Shown: positions 8,664-19,024, counted from the stretch's first letter. The stretch is 64,000 nucleotides of DNA from Phycisphaerae bacterium (GCA_030601845.1 JAUWAY010000008.1:2185-66184); one strand, 5' to 3'. Notes: a model not told the origin generated them from the sequence alone. Made by a program: numbers and translations.

Positions 8664-10445
8664 TTATTCAAACCCGACATCAGCCAGGACAAATTCGACA
8701 TTGGTATTTCCGCCATAGTTATTGAGCTGCGGCTGATATGCAACATTGAAGAACTCGTGCTCAAGCAGCTTCTTCTCCAATTTACCGAACCGGAAGCCAA
8801 TGCAGCGGACCGAGGTTTTATTATCGGTTATCGCAAGCTGCAGGTGTTCAGCCCTTGAGCCGCAGGTTCTCGGTGCGGAGGCAAGCCGGACACCTCTTGT
8901 TGCGAAAATTGACCTGGGGTTACCCTGGCCAAAAGGCCCAAGCATCTGCAACTCGCTGACGGTTTCTTTGGTGAATTGGCCCAAGGTGGCTACTGCGTCG
9001 ATGCGAAGCTTGGCGACCACATCGTTGTCGGTGAGGTTTTGTTTTGCATAATGCTCAAATTCGGCTGCGAATTGTGGGATTTTTTCGGTTTCAATAGTTA
9101 TTCCGGCGGCCATTTTGTGTCCGCCGAAGTCAACTAAATATTGCGAGCAGGCTGAGATTGCGCTGAGCAAGCAGAAACCTGTTATCGAGCGACCGGAACC
9201 CTGAGCGGGGACGCTGGCGGTGTTAATCATAATTGTCGGACGGTGGAATTTGTCTACTATTCGCGAGGCCACGATGCCTATCACGCCGGTGTGCCAGTTT
9301 TCACTTGCAAGAACTATACTCCTTCGGTCGGGGTGGTTCAGGCCCTGCTGAACTATCAATTCACAGGCCTGTTTGAATATTTTTCGCTCGCATTGCCGGC
9401 GCTGGCTGTTTTGCTGTTTGAGGTACTCGGCTATTTGGGTCGAGCGAATCGGGCTATTGCTTGTTAAAAGCTCCACCGCCAATCGTGCGTGTCCCATCCT
9501 GCCTGCTGCGTTGAGCATTGGTGCAAGCCGAAAGCCGATGTGGTAGCTGTCAAGTCCCTGGCCTGTCAGGCCTGCAGATTCAACCAGGGCCTGGATGCCG
9601 CAGAGCTTGCACTCCGGCAGGGCTTTCAGGCCATAGCTCGTCAGCACCCGGTTTTCACCCCTGAGGTCTACGACGTCGGCGATAGTACCCATAGCCGCAA
9701 GGGTGGTTGCATTTATCATAAATTCGCGTAATGGCGATTCAAGCCTTCGGCCGGCATTGTATTCATTAGCTATCGCCCAGGCCAACTTAAAGGCGACCAT
9801 TGAGCCGGACGAATCCTGATTTGCGTAGGACTTCTCCAGCGCCGGGTGGACAATGGCGACGGCCTTAGGTAATTCGTCGCCGGGCTGGTGATGGTCGGTT
9901 ATTATCACTTCCATACCAAGCTGCCCGGCAAGTTCGGCTGAGCTAAATGCGGTAATACCACAGTCAACGGTGATTACGAGCTTGCTGCCGGCCCGAGCCA
10001 ATGACCGGATGGCTTCGGCGTTTAGCCCATAGCCTTCCTCGATACGGTGTGGTATATAGTAGTCAACATCTGCACCGAGCAGTGTCAGAATCTGCCACAG
10101 AATTGCCACTCCTGTAATGCCATCCACATCATAATCACCATAGACAGTGATTTTTTCCCTGTTTTTTATGGCCCGCTTGATTCGCTCTACCGCAGTTTTG
10201 ACTCCCGGCATTTGCTCCGGCGGTATAAGTTCTGTCAATTTCGGTCTCAGGAAAACTGAGCCGGCCTGGACGTCGGTTACTCCGCGATTGATTAAAACCT
10301 GCGCTAAAAGTGGTGAGACCTTCAGTGATTTAGCAAGCCGGGCAGCACGGTCGTCCGCCGGCTGGATTACCCATTGTTTTTTCTGACCTGCCAAACGCTT
10401 CTTATCACGTTTAGTTTCTTTTTGCATCCGTGCAGAAACTCGCAT
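8664..10445 (-). CDS. recJ: single-stranded-DNA-specific exonuclease RecJ
   Basis: DHH family motifs YGDYDVDGITG, TVDCGI, ITDHHQP and a DHHA1-type GGHKMAAG. Length and architecture fit RecJ. Confidence 0.93.
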   Translation of the reverse strand: MRVSARMQKETKRDKKRLAGQKKQWVIQPADDRAARLAKSLKVSPLLAQVLINRGVTDVQAGSVFLRPKLTELIPPEQMPGVKTAVERIKRAIKNREKITVYGDYDVDGITGVAILWQILTLLGADVDYYIPHRIEEGYGLNAEAIRSLARAGSKLVITVDCGITAFSSAELAGQLGMEVIITDHHQPGDELPKAVAIVHPALEKSYANQDSSGSMVAFKLAWAIANEYNAGRRLESPLREFMINATTLAAMGTIADVVDLRGENRVLTSYGLKALPECKLCGIQALVESAGLTGQGLDSYHIGFRLAPMLNAAGRMGHARLAVELLTSNSPIRSTQIAEYLKQQNSQRRQCERKIFKQACELIVQQGLNHPDRRSIVLASENWHTGVIGIVASRIVDKFHRPTIMINTASVPAQGSGRSITGFCLLSAISACSQYLVDFGGHKMAAGITIETEKIPQFAAEFEHYAKQNLTDNDVVAKLRIDAVATLGQFTKETVSELQMLGPFGQGNPRSIFATRGVRLASAPRTCGSRAEHLQLAITDNKTSVRCIGFRFGKLEKKLLEHEFFNVAYQPQLNNYGGNTNVEFVLADVGFE

Positions 10446-10524
10446 TCCGTTTCAATCCTCACTCACAACTGATAGTCAACACTCAATGATAGATAATCAA
10501 TAGTCAATTTTCAATAATCAATTT

Positions 10525-11286
10525 TCAGGCTCTCATATAAAAGCCGCCGTTGACGGCGATATATTCTCCGGTGATAAAGCCGGCCGCTTCACTCGCCAGG
10601 AACAGGACCGCTTTTGCTACGTCTTCGGCGGTGCCGTTTCTGCCGAGTGGGTTCTCTTCTGCAAGTTTTTTTCTGCGCTGTGGCGAGCTGTAGCGCTCGT
10701 GGAAGCGCGTCTCGATAATGCCCGGCAGGACGCTGTTGACCCGGACGCCGTACGGGGCGAATTCCTTTGCCATAGAAATAGTTTCGGTGGCGACGGCTGC
10801 CTTTGCGCCTGCGTAAAAGCCCGAGCCGGGGCCTCCGCCGGTATGACCCGCAATTGAGCCGATATTGACGATGTTACCGCGGCTGGCTTTCAGATACGGC
10901 AAGGCCGACCTTGTCGCCAGAAAGACACTGCGGACGTTGGTGGCATATATGTCGTCGTGGAAATCTACCGTTGCGGTCTCGAAGGTATGCCTGTCGATAA
11001 GGTCGCCGGCATTATTGACGAGGATATCGATACCGCCTGCTTCTTTGGCGAACTGCTCGACCATTTCGCCGACCTGCTTTTCCTCGCGCATATCCGCACG
11101 AAGCAGGACGCCATCGCTGTTTTTCTTTACCTGTTCGAGTGTCTTTTCGCCGCCGGCTTTTGTTCTGAAGTAATGGACTCCGACGAAGCAGCCCTGCCCG
11201 GAGAACATTATTGCCGTTGCCGCCCCGATTCCACTACTCGAGCCGGTTACTAAAACCTTCTTGCCCTTCAAATCCTCATAGACCAT
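10525..11286 (-). CDS. SDR family oxidoreductase (FabG-like)
   Basis: VTGSSSGIGAATA cofactor loop, NNAG, catalytic YAGAKAA, 253 aa. Confidence 0.88.
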   Translation of the reverse strand: MVYEDLKGKKVLVTGSSSGIGAATAIMFSGQGCFVGVHYFRTKAGGEKTLEQVKKNSDGVLLRADMREEKQVGEMVEQFAKEAGGIDILVNNAGDLIDRHTFETATVDFHDDIYATNVRSVFLATRSALPYLKASRGNIVNIGSIAGHTGGGPGSGFYAGAKAAVATETISMAKEFAPYGVRVNSVLPGIIETRFHERYSSPQRRKKLAEENPLGRNGTAEDVAKAVLFLASEAAGFITGEYIAVNGGFYMRA

Positions 11287-11298
11287 TTTTATTTACCT

Positions 11299-12321
11299 TT
11301 ATTCCTCTTTTTCTTCCTGTATTTGGTCGAGTTGCAGGCCAAAGCGGTCGAGCTTTTTCTGGCCTTCTTCGTATTTACCATAAGCATTTCGCAAATGTGT
11401 GCCGAGGATGTCCCAATTCGAGAGAAACTCGACAAAGCCGGCGTTTAGCTTTTTGAGGTTCTGGCGGATTTCGGCTGCCTGCTTTTCTATCTGTAGGCCG
11501 TGCAGGCCCATCACCACCGTCATCAGGTATGCGTATAAAAGATTCGGCGAAACCGGTATTACCTTTTTATCGAGCGCGAACTGTAAAATATCCTGCGTCT
11601 CGCCGGCGTACTTAATAATCGTTTCGTAATAGACGTTCTCGGCAGGTATGTAACAAATCGCAAAATCCAGTGTGCCCTCAGCAGGTCTGATATAGTCGGA
11701 GGCGATCTTGTCGATATGGGCAGTTACATCTTTCAAGAACTGCTTGCGAAGTTTGCTTTTTTCGTCATCGGCCTGGGCCTTTGTGAGTCTTTCAAAACCC
11801 GGCAGCGGAAACTTCGCATCGATGGGCACAGAGAAATCGGCCAGTTTAACAAGCGCATCAACCATTTTGCCGTCTTTGAAGGTGTATTGTAATTCGTAAC
11901 TATTTTCGGGTAGGATTTGCGATAGCAGATTTTCCAGCGACCATTCACCCATCTGTCCTCGCAGCTTCGGCGAGCTTAAAATATCCTGGAGCCGTCTGAC
12001 CTCGGTCCCTATCTGCATCATTTGTTTGTTGGTTCCCTGAAGCTCGCCAATCTGGCTGTTTAGCTGGCTGAGCACCTTCTGGCTGGATTGCAGAGACTGG
12101 CTGAGGGTTGTCTGGCCAGCCTGCAGAGACTTTTGTAAATTCTCCGTAGTTTTATCCTGGGCGGCTTTGAGTGCTTCTAATTGCTGCTGCAGAAGGCCGA
12201 TGCCCGCCGCCTGGCCGGCAATCTCCTTTCTGCTGGCAAAGCTGGTGCTGATGAGCCAAACTAAAAGCCCTAAAATAAATATAATCAGAACGATAACTAC
12301 AGCAGCTAAAATCGATTCCAT
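11299..12321 (-). CDS. rmuC: DNA recombination protein RmuC
   Basis: N-terminal TM helix, long Gln-rich coiled coil, then an RmuC core: RGQMGEWSLENLL...VDALVKL...VPIDAKFPL. Confidence 0.85.
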   Translation of the reverse strand: MESILAAVVIVLIIFILGLLVWLISTSFASRKEIAGQAAGIGLLQQQLEALKAAQDKTTENLQKSLQAGQTTLSQSLQSSQKVLSQLNSQIGELQGTNKQMMQIGTEVRRLQDILSSPKLRGQMGEWSLENLLSQILPENSYELQYTFKDGKMVDALVKLADFSVPIDAKFPLPGFERLTKAQADDEKSKLRKQFLKDVTAHIDKIASDYIRPAEGTLDFAICYIPAENVYYETIIKYAGETQDILQFALDKKVIPVSPNLLYAYLMTVVMGLHGLQIEKQAAEIRQNLKKLNAGFVEFLSNWDILGTHLRNAYGKYEEGQKKLDRFGLQLDQIQEEKEE

Positions 12322-12424
12322 CTTTTTGCCCTTATAAAAGCCGCTCTGATTATAGATTCTCTGGAGGCATTCGTCAAAGTAGTTGCTATTTATCAGCTCA
12401 GTTTTTATGATAAAAGATTGATTT

Positions 12425-12874
12425 ATGGCAAATTATCATCTGGTAATTTTGAAAAGGCCCTATTTAGAGGCGGTATTAGCCGGCCGAAAGCAAATTGAAT
12501 CGCGTTTTATCAAAACAAGACGCGCGCATTTCGGGCGGGTGCTGCCAGGTGACAAGTTGTTTCTCAAGGAAAGCGGTGGGCTGGTCTGTGCGATAGCGAG
12601 CATTGCGGCGGTCAGAAATTTCACTGAACTGACACCAAAACGAATACTCGAACTCAAAGAGCAGTACAACCACCTAATCTGCGGCAGCAACAAATACTGG
12701 CAAAGTAAAATGGATTGCAGGTTCGGCTTTTTGGTCTGGCTGAAGGACGTAGAGCCAATCGAGCCGATGCGAATCCACAAAAAAGACTGGCGGGCATGGG
12801 TGGTCTTGACTAAGAAAGAAGACTTCGGCCTGTTGAAAATGGGCGCTGTAAGAAAAGCCGAAAAGATGCAATAA
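12425..12874 (+). CDS. ASCH domain protein
   Basis: 149 aa. Start LVILKRPYLEAVLAGRKQIESRF...PGDKLFLKESGG is the usual ASCH beta-barrel opening. The overlapping minus-strand ORFs are shadows. Confidence 0.65.
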   Translation: MANYHLVILKRPYLEAVLAGRKQIESRFIKTRRAHFGRVLPGDKLFLKESGGLVCAIASIAAVRNFTELTPKRILELKEQYNHLICGSNKYWQSKMDCRFGFLVWLKDVEPIEPMRIHKKDWRAWVVLTKKEDFGLLKMGAVRKAEKMQ

Positions 12875-13244
12875 ATAGCTTTTTGCATATTTTTCGAGTT
12901 TTTTAAAACTGCTATAAATTCACTTTCTCCACCCTGCCTTTATCTGTTAAAATCCAGCATGTCAGAATAGAAATAAGGTCTAATTTGGAAAGCAGCAGAA
13001 ATGTTGAAGAAAATTACCGCTGGTATTAGAGCAGGGTTTGTGTCCGGAGCCAATGGAGAGGCGGCCGGGGCTGGAGATAGATTAGGCCAAGAAGACAGCT
13101 TGGGTACCGGTTGACACCGCACCAGGAAAATAACTCAAAAATAATCTAAGCTGCTTTCAAGAATGTTTGTACAATTTGGTAAACAATAGTCCTCCATAAT
13201 GTGAATGGAAGTGCTCTAAGACCTGCTTTTTGGAGATTAATGCG

Positions 13245-14516
13245 ATGAAAGAAAAGCACAATGAAATCAATAGAAGAAGTTTTTTAAAGACGATGGGTGC
13301 CGCAGGGTTAACCCCTGCTTTTGCAGGGGCGACAAATGTATTTGCTTCGGCTGATGCGTCAGCTGGCCCAGATACTGCAGAAAAAACACAAAAGTCCAAG
13401 TTTCCCCAGGTTCCGAGACGGAAATTAGGCAAAACAGGTATTGATGTTCCGTGCCTGTCTTTTGGAACATTCCAGGTTAACGTTGACAACCAAATCCTGT
13501 TGCGAAAGACTCTCCAGTATGGTGTTGATTATTGGGACACAGCGTATAACTATGCAGGGGGAAATGCCGAGCTTGGCATAGGTAAATACCTGTCGAGGAA
13601 CCCGGATGTCCGAAAGAAATTGTTCCTTGTCACCAAGGCCTCAGGTGTAAAAGGAAAACTAACGCCAAAAGCTGCAGTGGAGACAGTAGAGGAACGCCTT
13701 GCGACCTCTCTGGAAAGAATGAACACGAATTACATTGATTTGTATTATGGTATTCACCAATGTCCCGACCCTGCACGATTGACGGATGAGCTAAAGCAAT
13801 GGGCCAAAGATGCAAAGAAACGGAAACTGATACGGTTTTTTGGTGTAACCACTCACGAGAATATGGCCCAGGTTCTTGCCGCTGCGTCCAGGCTCGACTG
13901 GATTGATGTGATAATGCTAATTTACAATTTCCGATTGATGCAGGATAAGGAGTTGAACACTGCTATTGAGGCGTGCCATAAAGCAGGCATCGGCCTTATC
14001 GCTATGAAGACTCAGGGACGTAGCCAAAAAATTGAAACTGAAGAGGACAAAAAACTGGCCGAGCACTTCCTGCAGCGAGGTTTTACCGAGGCCCAGGCAA
14101 AGATAAAGCTTGTATTGGAAGATAAAAGGTTCAGCTCGGCCTGTGTAGGGATGCAGAATGTTGCTTATTTGGATTCAAACGTCGCGGCAGTACTCGATAA
14201 AACCAAACTTACCCAGGCCGATAGGCAGGTTCTCACCGAATACGCCCGCGCAACCTGTAGTGGTTATTGTGCCGGCTGCGCAAATATCTGTAACTCGGCC
14301 CTGCCGGATACGCCTTATGTCGGTGATGTTATGCGGTATCTGATGTACTACAACAGCTACGGCGATAGGGATATGGCAAGAGAGCTATTTGCTCAGATTC
14401 CCGCCAAGGTAAGAAACAAACTGCTCAGCATCGATTACAGCCTTGCGGAAGCTCGCTGCCCGCAGCATCTGCCGATAGCTAAACTGGTCGCCGAAGCTGT
14501 CAGCAAGTTAGCCTGA
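13245..14516 (+). CDS. aldo/keto reductase with Tat signal and C-terminal Cys cluster
   Basis: Twin-arginine NRRSFLKTMGAAG..AFAGA. AKR motifs GTFQV, DTAYNYAGGNAELGIG, GVTTHE. C-terminal CSGYCAGCANIC looks like an Fe-S motif. The ATG at 13245 is preferred over the TTG at 13230. Confidence 0.8.
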   Translation: MKEKHNEINRRSFLKTMGAAGLTPAFAGATNVFASADASAGPDTAEKTQKSKFPQVPRRKLGKTGIDVPCLSFGTFQVNVDNQILLRKTLQYGVDYWDTAYNYAGGNAELGIGKYLSRNPDVRKKLFLVTKASGVKGKLTPKAAVETVEERLATSLERMNTNYIDLYYGIHQCPDPARLTDELKQWAKDAKKRKLIRFFGVTTHENMAQVLAAASRLDWIDVIMLIYNFRLMQDKELNTAIEACHKAGIGLIAMKTQGRSQKIETEEDKKLAEHFLQRGFTEAQAKIKLVLEDKRFSSACVGMQNVAYLDSNVAAVLDKTKLTQADRQVLTEYARATCSGYCAGCANICNSALPDTPYVGDVMRYLMYYNSYGDRDMARELFAQIPAKVRNKLLSIDYSLAEARCPQHLPIAKLVAEAVSKLA

Positions 14517-14929
14517 GGGGTATCGCAATCAGAAGCCAGAGGTCAGAAATCAGAAGTCAGAGCTCTGTCTTCCGTCTTCTGTCCTCTTGAGAAGGGGTGC
14601 TGTAAAAAAAAACCCGGAAATCAAGCTTTTTCCCACATTTTTGCAAAATTCTCCTGAAAATCGCAATAAATTTGGTTTTTGAATTCGTCTTTATCTTTGG
14701 AAATCCAGTATGGCAAAACAGAAACAGAGTTAATTGAAAAGATGGTAGAAATGTTAAAGAAAATTATTGGCGATCTGGGAGCAGCAGTTGTGCTGATAGC
14801 AAATGAAAATCTTACGGCACTGCGAACTCTTATCAAATATCTGACAAATTCGGTTTCTAAGCCGGCTTGTGTACATAAAATGCAATATAACAAGACAAAA
14901 TAAAGAACCAATTTGGAAAGGAACAAAAA

Positions 14930-15799
14930 ATGTTAAAGAAGATTATGTTAGTTATGGTGGCAGTTGTTGTGCTGATAGGGGCTGAAAATCTTGCCGCCCA
15001 GGAAAGAAGAGGCACGCCCGAAGCAGAGCCGCAACAAAGGCAGGCCCGGCAAGGCTGGCAAAGCCAAAGAGGCCAGACGCGGCAACCCGGCAGAGAAAGG
15101 TCAGGGCAGGAAGCTGCACGCAGGCCTACGGAGAGCAGGGGTACCCAACAGAGGCAGCAGCCAAGGGCTGGCAGAGAAGCTGGTCGCGGGCCTGCAGAGG
15201 CTTCGCGTGGTAAGCCCCAGCAGTTTGGCCGCGGACAAACCCCGCCCTCACCTGCTATACAAACGGGGCTTGCCGGATGGCTCGATGAGCTTACAAAGGC
15301 CTATCGGGAAAACGACAGGGAAAAGATGGGACAATTACTCCGGAGGATGAACGAGGCCAGAGAAAGACTGCAAAGAGCAAGAGGTACTCTTGGCGAACGT
15401 CTGCGAGATTTCCGTAACAGAGCCGGAGCAGCCCTTGGGGCTCCAAAGCGAGGACAAGGGTTGCCCGGGACAGACAGAGGATGGCCCGGCATAGGTAGAG
15501 GATGGCCTGGCATAGACCAGGGACGACTTGGCCAGCTTCGTGGCTGTCCGCACGGAAGATGGCAGGGCCTCCAATCTAGAGGTATAGGCGGATGGGGTCA
15601 GCGTACTCCAGGCAGAGGTATAGCCAGGCCGGGTCAGGGTTTTCAACACAGAGGCAGATGGGGCCAGGGTATTCTGCGCAGAGGCGTAGGCAAGCCGGGT
15701 CCTGGTGCGCCGCCCCAAGGCCCAGACAGGCCGGGTCGAGGTTTCCAGCCCAGAGGTATGAATGCCCGCAGACCAGACGATGTCCCAGCTCCAAGGTGA
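14930..15799 (+). CDS. secreted Arg/Gly/Gln/Pro-rich low-complexity repeat protein
   Basis: Signal peptide MLKKIMLVMVAVVVLIGAENLAAQ, one predicted helix (LAGWLDELTKAYRENDREKMGQLLRRMNEARERL), then degenerate RG.G.PG.G repeats encoded by tandem units of about 21-30 nt (15470..15770). Confidence 0.6.
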   Translation: MLKKIMLVMVAVVVLIGAENLAAQERRGTPEAEPQQRQARQGWQSQRGQTRQPGRERSGQEAARRPTESRGTQQRQQPRAGREAGRGPAEASRGKPQQFGRGQTPPSPAIQTGLAGWLDELTKAYRENDREKMGQLLRRMNEARERLQRARGTLGERLRDFRNRAGAALGAPKRGQGLPGTDRGWPGIGRGWPGIDQGRLGQLRGCPHGRWQGLQSRGIGGWGQRTPGRGIARPGQGFQHRGRWGQGILRRGVGKPGPGAPPQGPDRPGRGFQPRGMNARRPDDVPAPR

Positions 15800-15886
15800 G
15801 ACTGGCAGAGACGGCCCGCAAAACGGAAACGCGTAAAGCGTGAATGTTAAGTAAAAGCTATTTTGCGTTGTGATGGGATTTTGTTA

Positions 15887-16435
15887 TTACTGCCAGTCAC
15901 TGGGATAATAGACATATTCAGGCCCAATGTCGAACTTTCTGCACAGCGATTCAGTTAGTGCCTCTGTCCTTTTTATCTGGCAGTCGGTTGGGCGTGCGGT
16001 GTTTCTATCGGCGACAACGCAGATGCGGATAGTTTGTCCGCTGCCATACCAGGTTCTGCCCGGTATAATTGCCCATTGTTTTTCCCACTTTTGGGTTGGT
16101 TTTATCTGGCCATCGCCGCCACCGAGGCCATTGTACACACAGAAATGGCAGTTGATATCATCGGGGTTTGCCAGGCCGTTCAATGAAGCCAACTGTTCTA
16201 TGTTGCCGGCCTTGGTACCACTATAGTAAATCTCAATGCGGTTCCAGCGGTCGGGAGACTGAGCAGCACGACTTTTGATAGCTTCTTGGACAGCGTCAAG
16301 ACGATAGTAGCTGTAAAGACAAAAGGCTGGCGCCGAGGGGGGATTATTACCCAGGGCCATCAAGACTATCGCCCCGGATGTCATCGAAATCAGTAGTGCT
16401 GCTAATACTTTCGCGACCCTTGGCTGATTCGACAT
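15887..16435 (-). CDS. membrane-anchored N-acetylmuramoyl-L-alanine amidase-like (Amidase_2/PGRP-like) protein
   Basis: N-terminal TM helix. The pattern NCHFCVYNGLGGGDGQIKPTQKW ... TIRICVVADRNTARPTDCQIKRTEALTESLCRKFDI resembles the Amidase_2 fold. Judged by eye only. Confidence 0.5.
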   Translation of the reverse strand: MSNQPRVAKVLAALLISMTSGAIVLMALGNNPPSAPAFCLYSYYRLDAVQEAIKSRAAQSPDRWNRIEIYYSGTKAGNIEQLASLNGLANPDDINCHFCVYNGLGGGDGQIKPTQKWEKQWAIIPGRTWYGSGQTIRICVVADRNTARPTDCQIKRTEALTESLCRKFDIGPEYVYYPSDWQ

Positions 16436-16459
16436 AGTCTCGTCCTTGAAAAGTGCTTA

Positions 16460-16531
16460 GGGTTCCCATTTTGCGAAGGGCTCCCCAAACGCGATAAAAG
16501 GCGTTTGGGGGACTCCACAAAATGCGGCCCC
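16460..16531. repeat. REP-like imperfect palindrome (core CCCCAAACGC-N8-GCGTTTGGGG)
   Basis: 10-bp stem 16483..16492 / 16501..16510, with outer arms gggttcccattttgcgaaggg / ggggccgcattttgtggagtc (reverse complement). Related copies at 38453..38508, 29495..29522 and 54501..54530. Confidence 0.7.
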
Positions 16532-16902
16532 TTAAAAGACCCACAGGTGATTACCTGTGGTGGGCACGATTACCTTATATAGCTAACATCGGCACCTGCC
16601 AACAGATTACTCCAAATTTTGCCAAAAATTTTATAATTTATCTTCGCCGACTCCAGAAGCCGCAACTTCCTGCGAAAAAGGAGGGGAAAAATCCTCAGGG
16701 ATTTTGGAACGCTGCAAGTTTCTGTAATCTTTTAAAGCAAACACCTCACAAGTAGCCTGTTATAAATATGTTGATTTATAGAACTGGAATCTGTATATTC
16801 CCTTGGTCAAATTAAGTGCTGAACAATGAGCGTCTATATTGACGACATAGAAGTAAAGGTAGTTAGACTGCCGGTCTTATTAGCTAAAGGAAAGGTGCAA
16901 AA

Positions 16903-18957
16903 ATGGCATCAGAATCTGGTTCGAATTCCCGTTTTCCAAAAAGTTCACAAAATGGGGCCCCCTCCCACAAAGGAAGGTTTCGTTCGTTATCTGCCGAGGA
17001 AATCGTCAAGCTAACCAGCCAGGGCTGCGGTTGCGATGATTGGGCAAATGTGCGGGTGGCTGAAGGGTTCGACGCGGAGAAAGTAAAGTCAACGTGTTTC
17101 TCCGGAAATGTAAAGTTAGGCGTTTTTGAAGGGGATGTGTTTTTTTGCGGGGGTGTTAAGAAGCCGGCCGGTATCAGTAACGCAACAATCCATAACTGCA
17201 CAATCGGCAATAATGTATATATTAACCAAATCAGAAATTATATCGCCAACTACCGCATAGAAGATGACGCGATAATCGAAAATCTCGATTTGCTTGCTGT
17301 CGAGGGGCAAAGCAGCTTTGGTAACGGCACTGAAGTTACCGTTGTCAATGAGGCCGGCGGCAGAGAAATACCGATTTACGACCATCTCTCAGCTCATACC
17401 GCTTACATAATAGCATTTTATCGGCACAGGCCGAAAGTTATTGAAAACCTGCGGAAAATGATCGCTGCTTACACTGCCTCTGTCAGTTCGTCTATGGGCG
17501 TCGTGGCAAAAGGTGCAAAGCTTATCAACTGTCGAATCATCAAAAACGTCAAAGTAGGTCCCGCAGCCGTTTTAGAAGGAGTGAACAGATTGGAGAACGG
17601 CTCGGTCAATAGCTGTCCGGAAGATCCGGTTTATATCGGCCCGGGAGTTTTTGCCGAAGACTTTATTGCCTGCAGCGGCTCGAAGATTACCGACGGCACA
17701 ATAATATGTGAATGTTTCGTCGGCCAGGGCACAGTACTGGCCAAGCAATATTCCGCGGAAAACTCCGTGTACTTCGCTAACTGCGGGGGTTTCCACGGTG
17801 AGGCCTGTTCGGTATTCGCCGGACCATACACGGTTACACATCACAAATCCACATTGCTTATTGCCGGTCTGTTTTCCTTCTTGAACGCAGGTAGCGGAAC
17901 AAACCAGAGCAATCATATGTACAAGCTGGGTCCAGCCCATCAGGGCATCATCGAACGCGGCTCCAAGACCGCCAGTGACTCATATATACTCTGGCCGGCA
18001 AAGGTCGGGGCGTTTACAGTTGTGATGGGCAGACATTACAAAAACTCAGATACTTCAGACTTGCCTTTTTCATACTTGATTGAGCACGAAGACGAAAGCA
18101 TTCTTGTGCCTGGCGTGAACTTGCGAAGCGTAGGCACCATTCGAGACGCCCGAAAATGGCTAAAGCGCGACAGACGCAAAGACCCGGTGAAACTCGACTA
18201 TATAAATTTCAAGCTTTTAAGCCCATATACGATTCAAAAGATGCTCAACGGCTGCCAGTTGCTCACGGACCTAAAAGCAACATCCGGCGAAACGTCAGAT
18301 TACTTTACCTACCACAGCGTCAAGATTAAGAGCTCATCGCTGGACAAAGGCATTAAATTTTACCAAATTGGTATCGATAAATTCCTGGGCAATTGCCTGA
18401 TTAAGCGATTGGAAAACAAGCAGTTCAAAAGCGTTGACGAACTTCGAGCGGCGTTGTCGCCGGAAACCAACATAGGGGCGGGCAAGTGGGTGGATTTGGC
18501 CGGTATGTTTGCCCCCGAACAGGCAGTGCAAAAAATGCTCGATAACATTGAAAACGGTACTATTAGCACACTGGAGCAGATGACAGAAGCTTTCAGGTCG
18601 ATGCACAACGAATACCATCGATACGAGTGGGCCTGGGCGGAAAACGTATTGCAGCAATGCCTGGGTAAAACGGTCGACAAAATAACAGCAGACGACATCA
18701 TTGAGCTGGTAACGAAATGGAAAACGGCTGTTGTGGAACTTGACAATATGCTGTATGCCGACGCCAAAAAGGAATTCGCCGCCACTGCACAAATCGGGTA
18801 CGGCCTTGACGGGGACAAAAAAACAAGAGAAGCCGATTTCAAACAGGTGAGGGGGACACTTGAAGAAAATAGTTTTGTTTCTGAAATCCAAAAGCATATA
18901 ATCGAAAAAACCAAACTCGGCGATGAGCTTATCAGCCGAATGGAAAGATTACGTTAG
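16903..18957 (+). CDS. large left-handed-beta-helix-type protein (DUF4954-like)
   Basis: 684 aa. N-terminus SLSAEEIVKLTSQGCGCDDWANVRVAEGF followed by many short hexapeptide-like turns and a helical C-terminal third. The family name is from memory and not verified. Confidence 0.6.
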   Translation: MASESGSNSRFPKSSQNGAPSHKGRFRSLSAEEIVKLTSQGCGCDDWANVRVAEGFDAEKVKSTCFSGNVKLGVFEGDVFFCGGVKKPAGISNATIHNCTIGNNVYINQIRNYIANYRIEDDAIIENLDLLAVEGQSSFGNGTEVTVVNEAGGREIPIYDHLSAHTAYIIAFYRHRPKVIENLRKMIAAYTASVSSSMGVVAKGAKLINCRIIKNVKVGPAAVLEGVNRLENGSVNSCPEDPVYIGPGVFAEDFIACSGSKITDGTIICECFVGQGTVLAKQYSAENSVYFANCGGFHGEACSVFAGPYTVTHHKSTLLIAGLFSFLNAGSGTNQSNHMYKLGPAHQGIIERGSKTASDSYILWPAKVGAFTVVMGRHYKNSDTSDLPFSYLIEHEDESILVPGVNLRSVGTIRDARKWLKRDRRKDPVKLDYINFKLLSPYTIQKMLNGCQLLTDLKATSGETSDYFTYHSVKIKSSSLDKGIKFYQIGIDKFLGNCLIKRLENKQFKSVDELRAALSPETNIGAGKWVDLAGMFAPEQAVQKMLDNIENGTISTLEQMTEAFRSMHNEYHRYEWAWAENVLQQCLGKTVDKITADDIIELVTKWKTAVVELDNMLYADAKKEFAATAQIGYGLDGDKKTREADFKQVRGTLEENSFVSEIQKHIIEKTKLGDELISRMERLR

Positions 18958-19024
18958 CGGCAACTACATTAAGACTTTTGCAAAAATAGGAAGGGAAAAG
19001 GCAGGGCCTTAAAAAGGTTCGTCA

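Noticed and set aside
13001-13114. 37-aa ORF MLKKITAGIRAGFVSGANGEAAGAGDRLGQEDSLGTG upstream of the aldo/keto reductase.
   Set aside because: It has a weak RBS, Gly/Ala-rich low complexity, an overlapping antisense ORF of similar quality, and no supporting signal.
14621-14926. ORFs 14621..14926 (-) and 14679..14903 (+) in the AT-rich spacer.
   Set aside because: They overlap each other, have AT-rich-biased composition and show no motifs. This is more likely the promoter/leader region of the 14930 gene.
16907-16935. ggttcgaattcc resembling a tRNA T-loop.
   Set aside because: The flanking bases do not form a T-stem or acceptor stem, and it lies inside the start of the 684-aa CDS. I found no tRNA anywhere in the window by eye.
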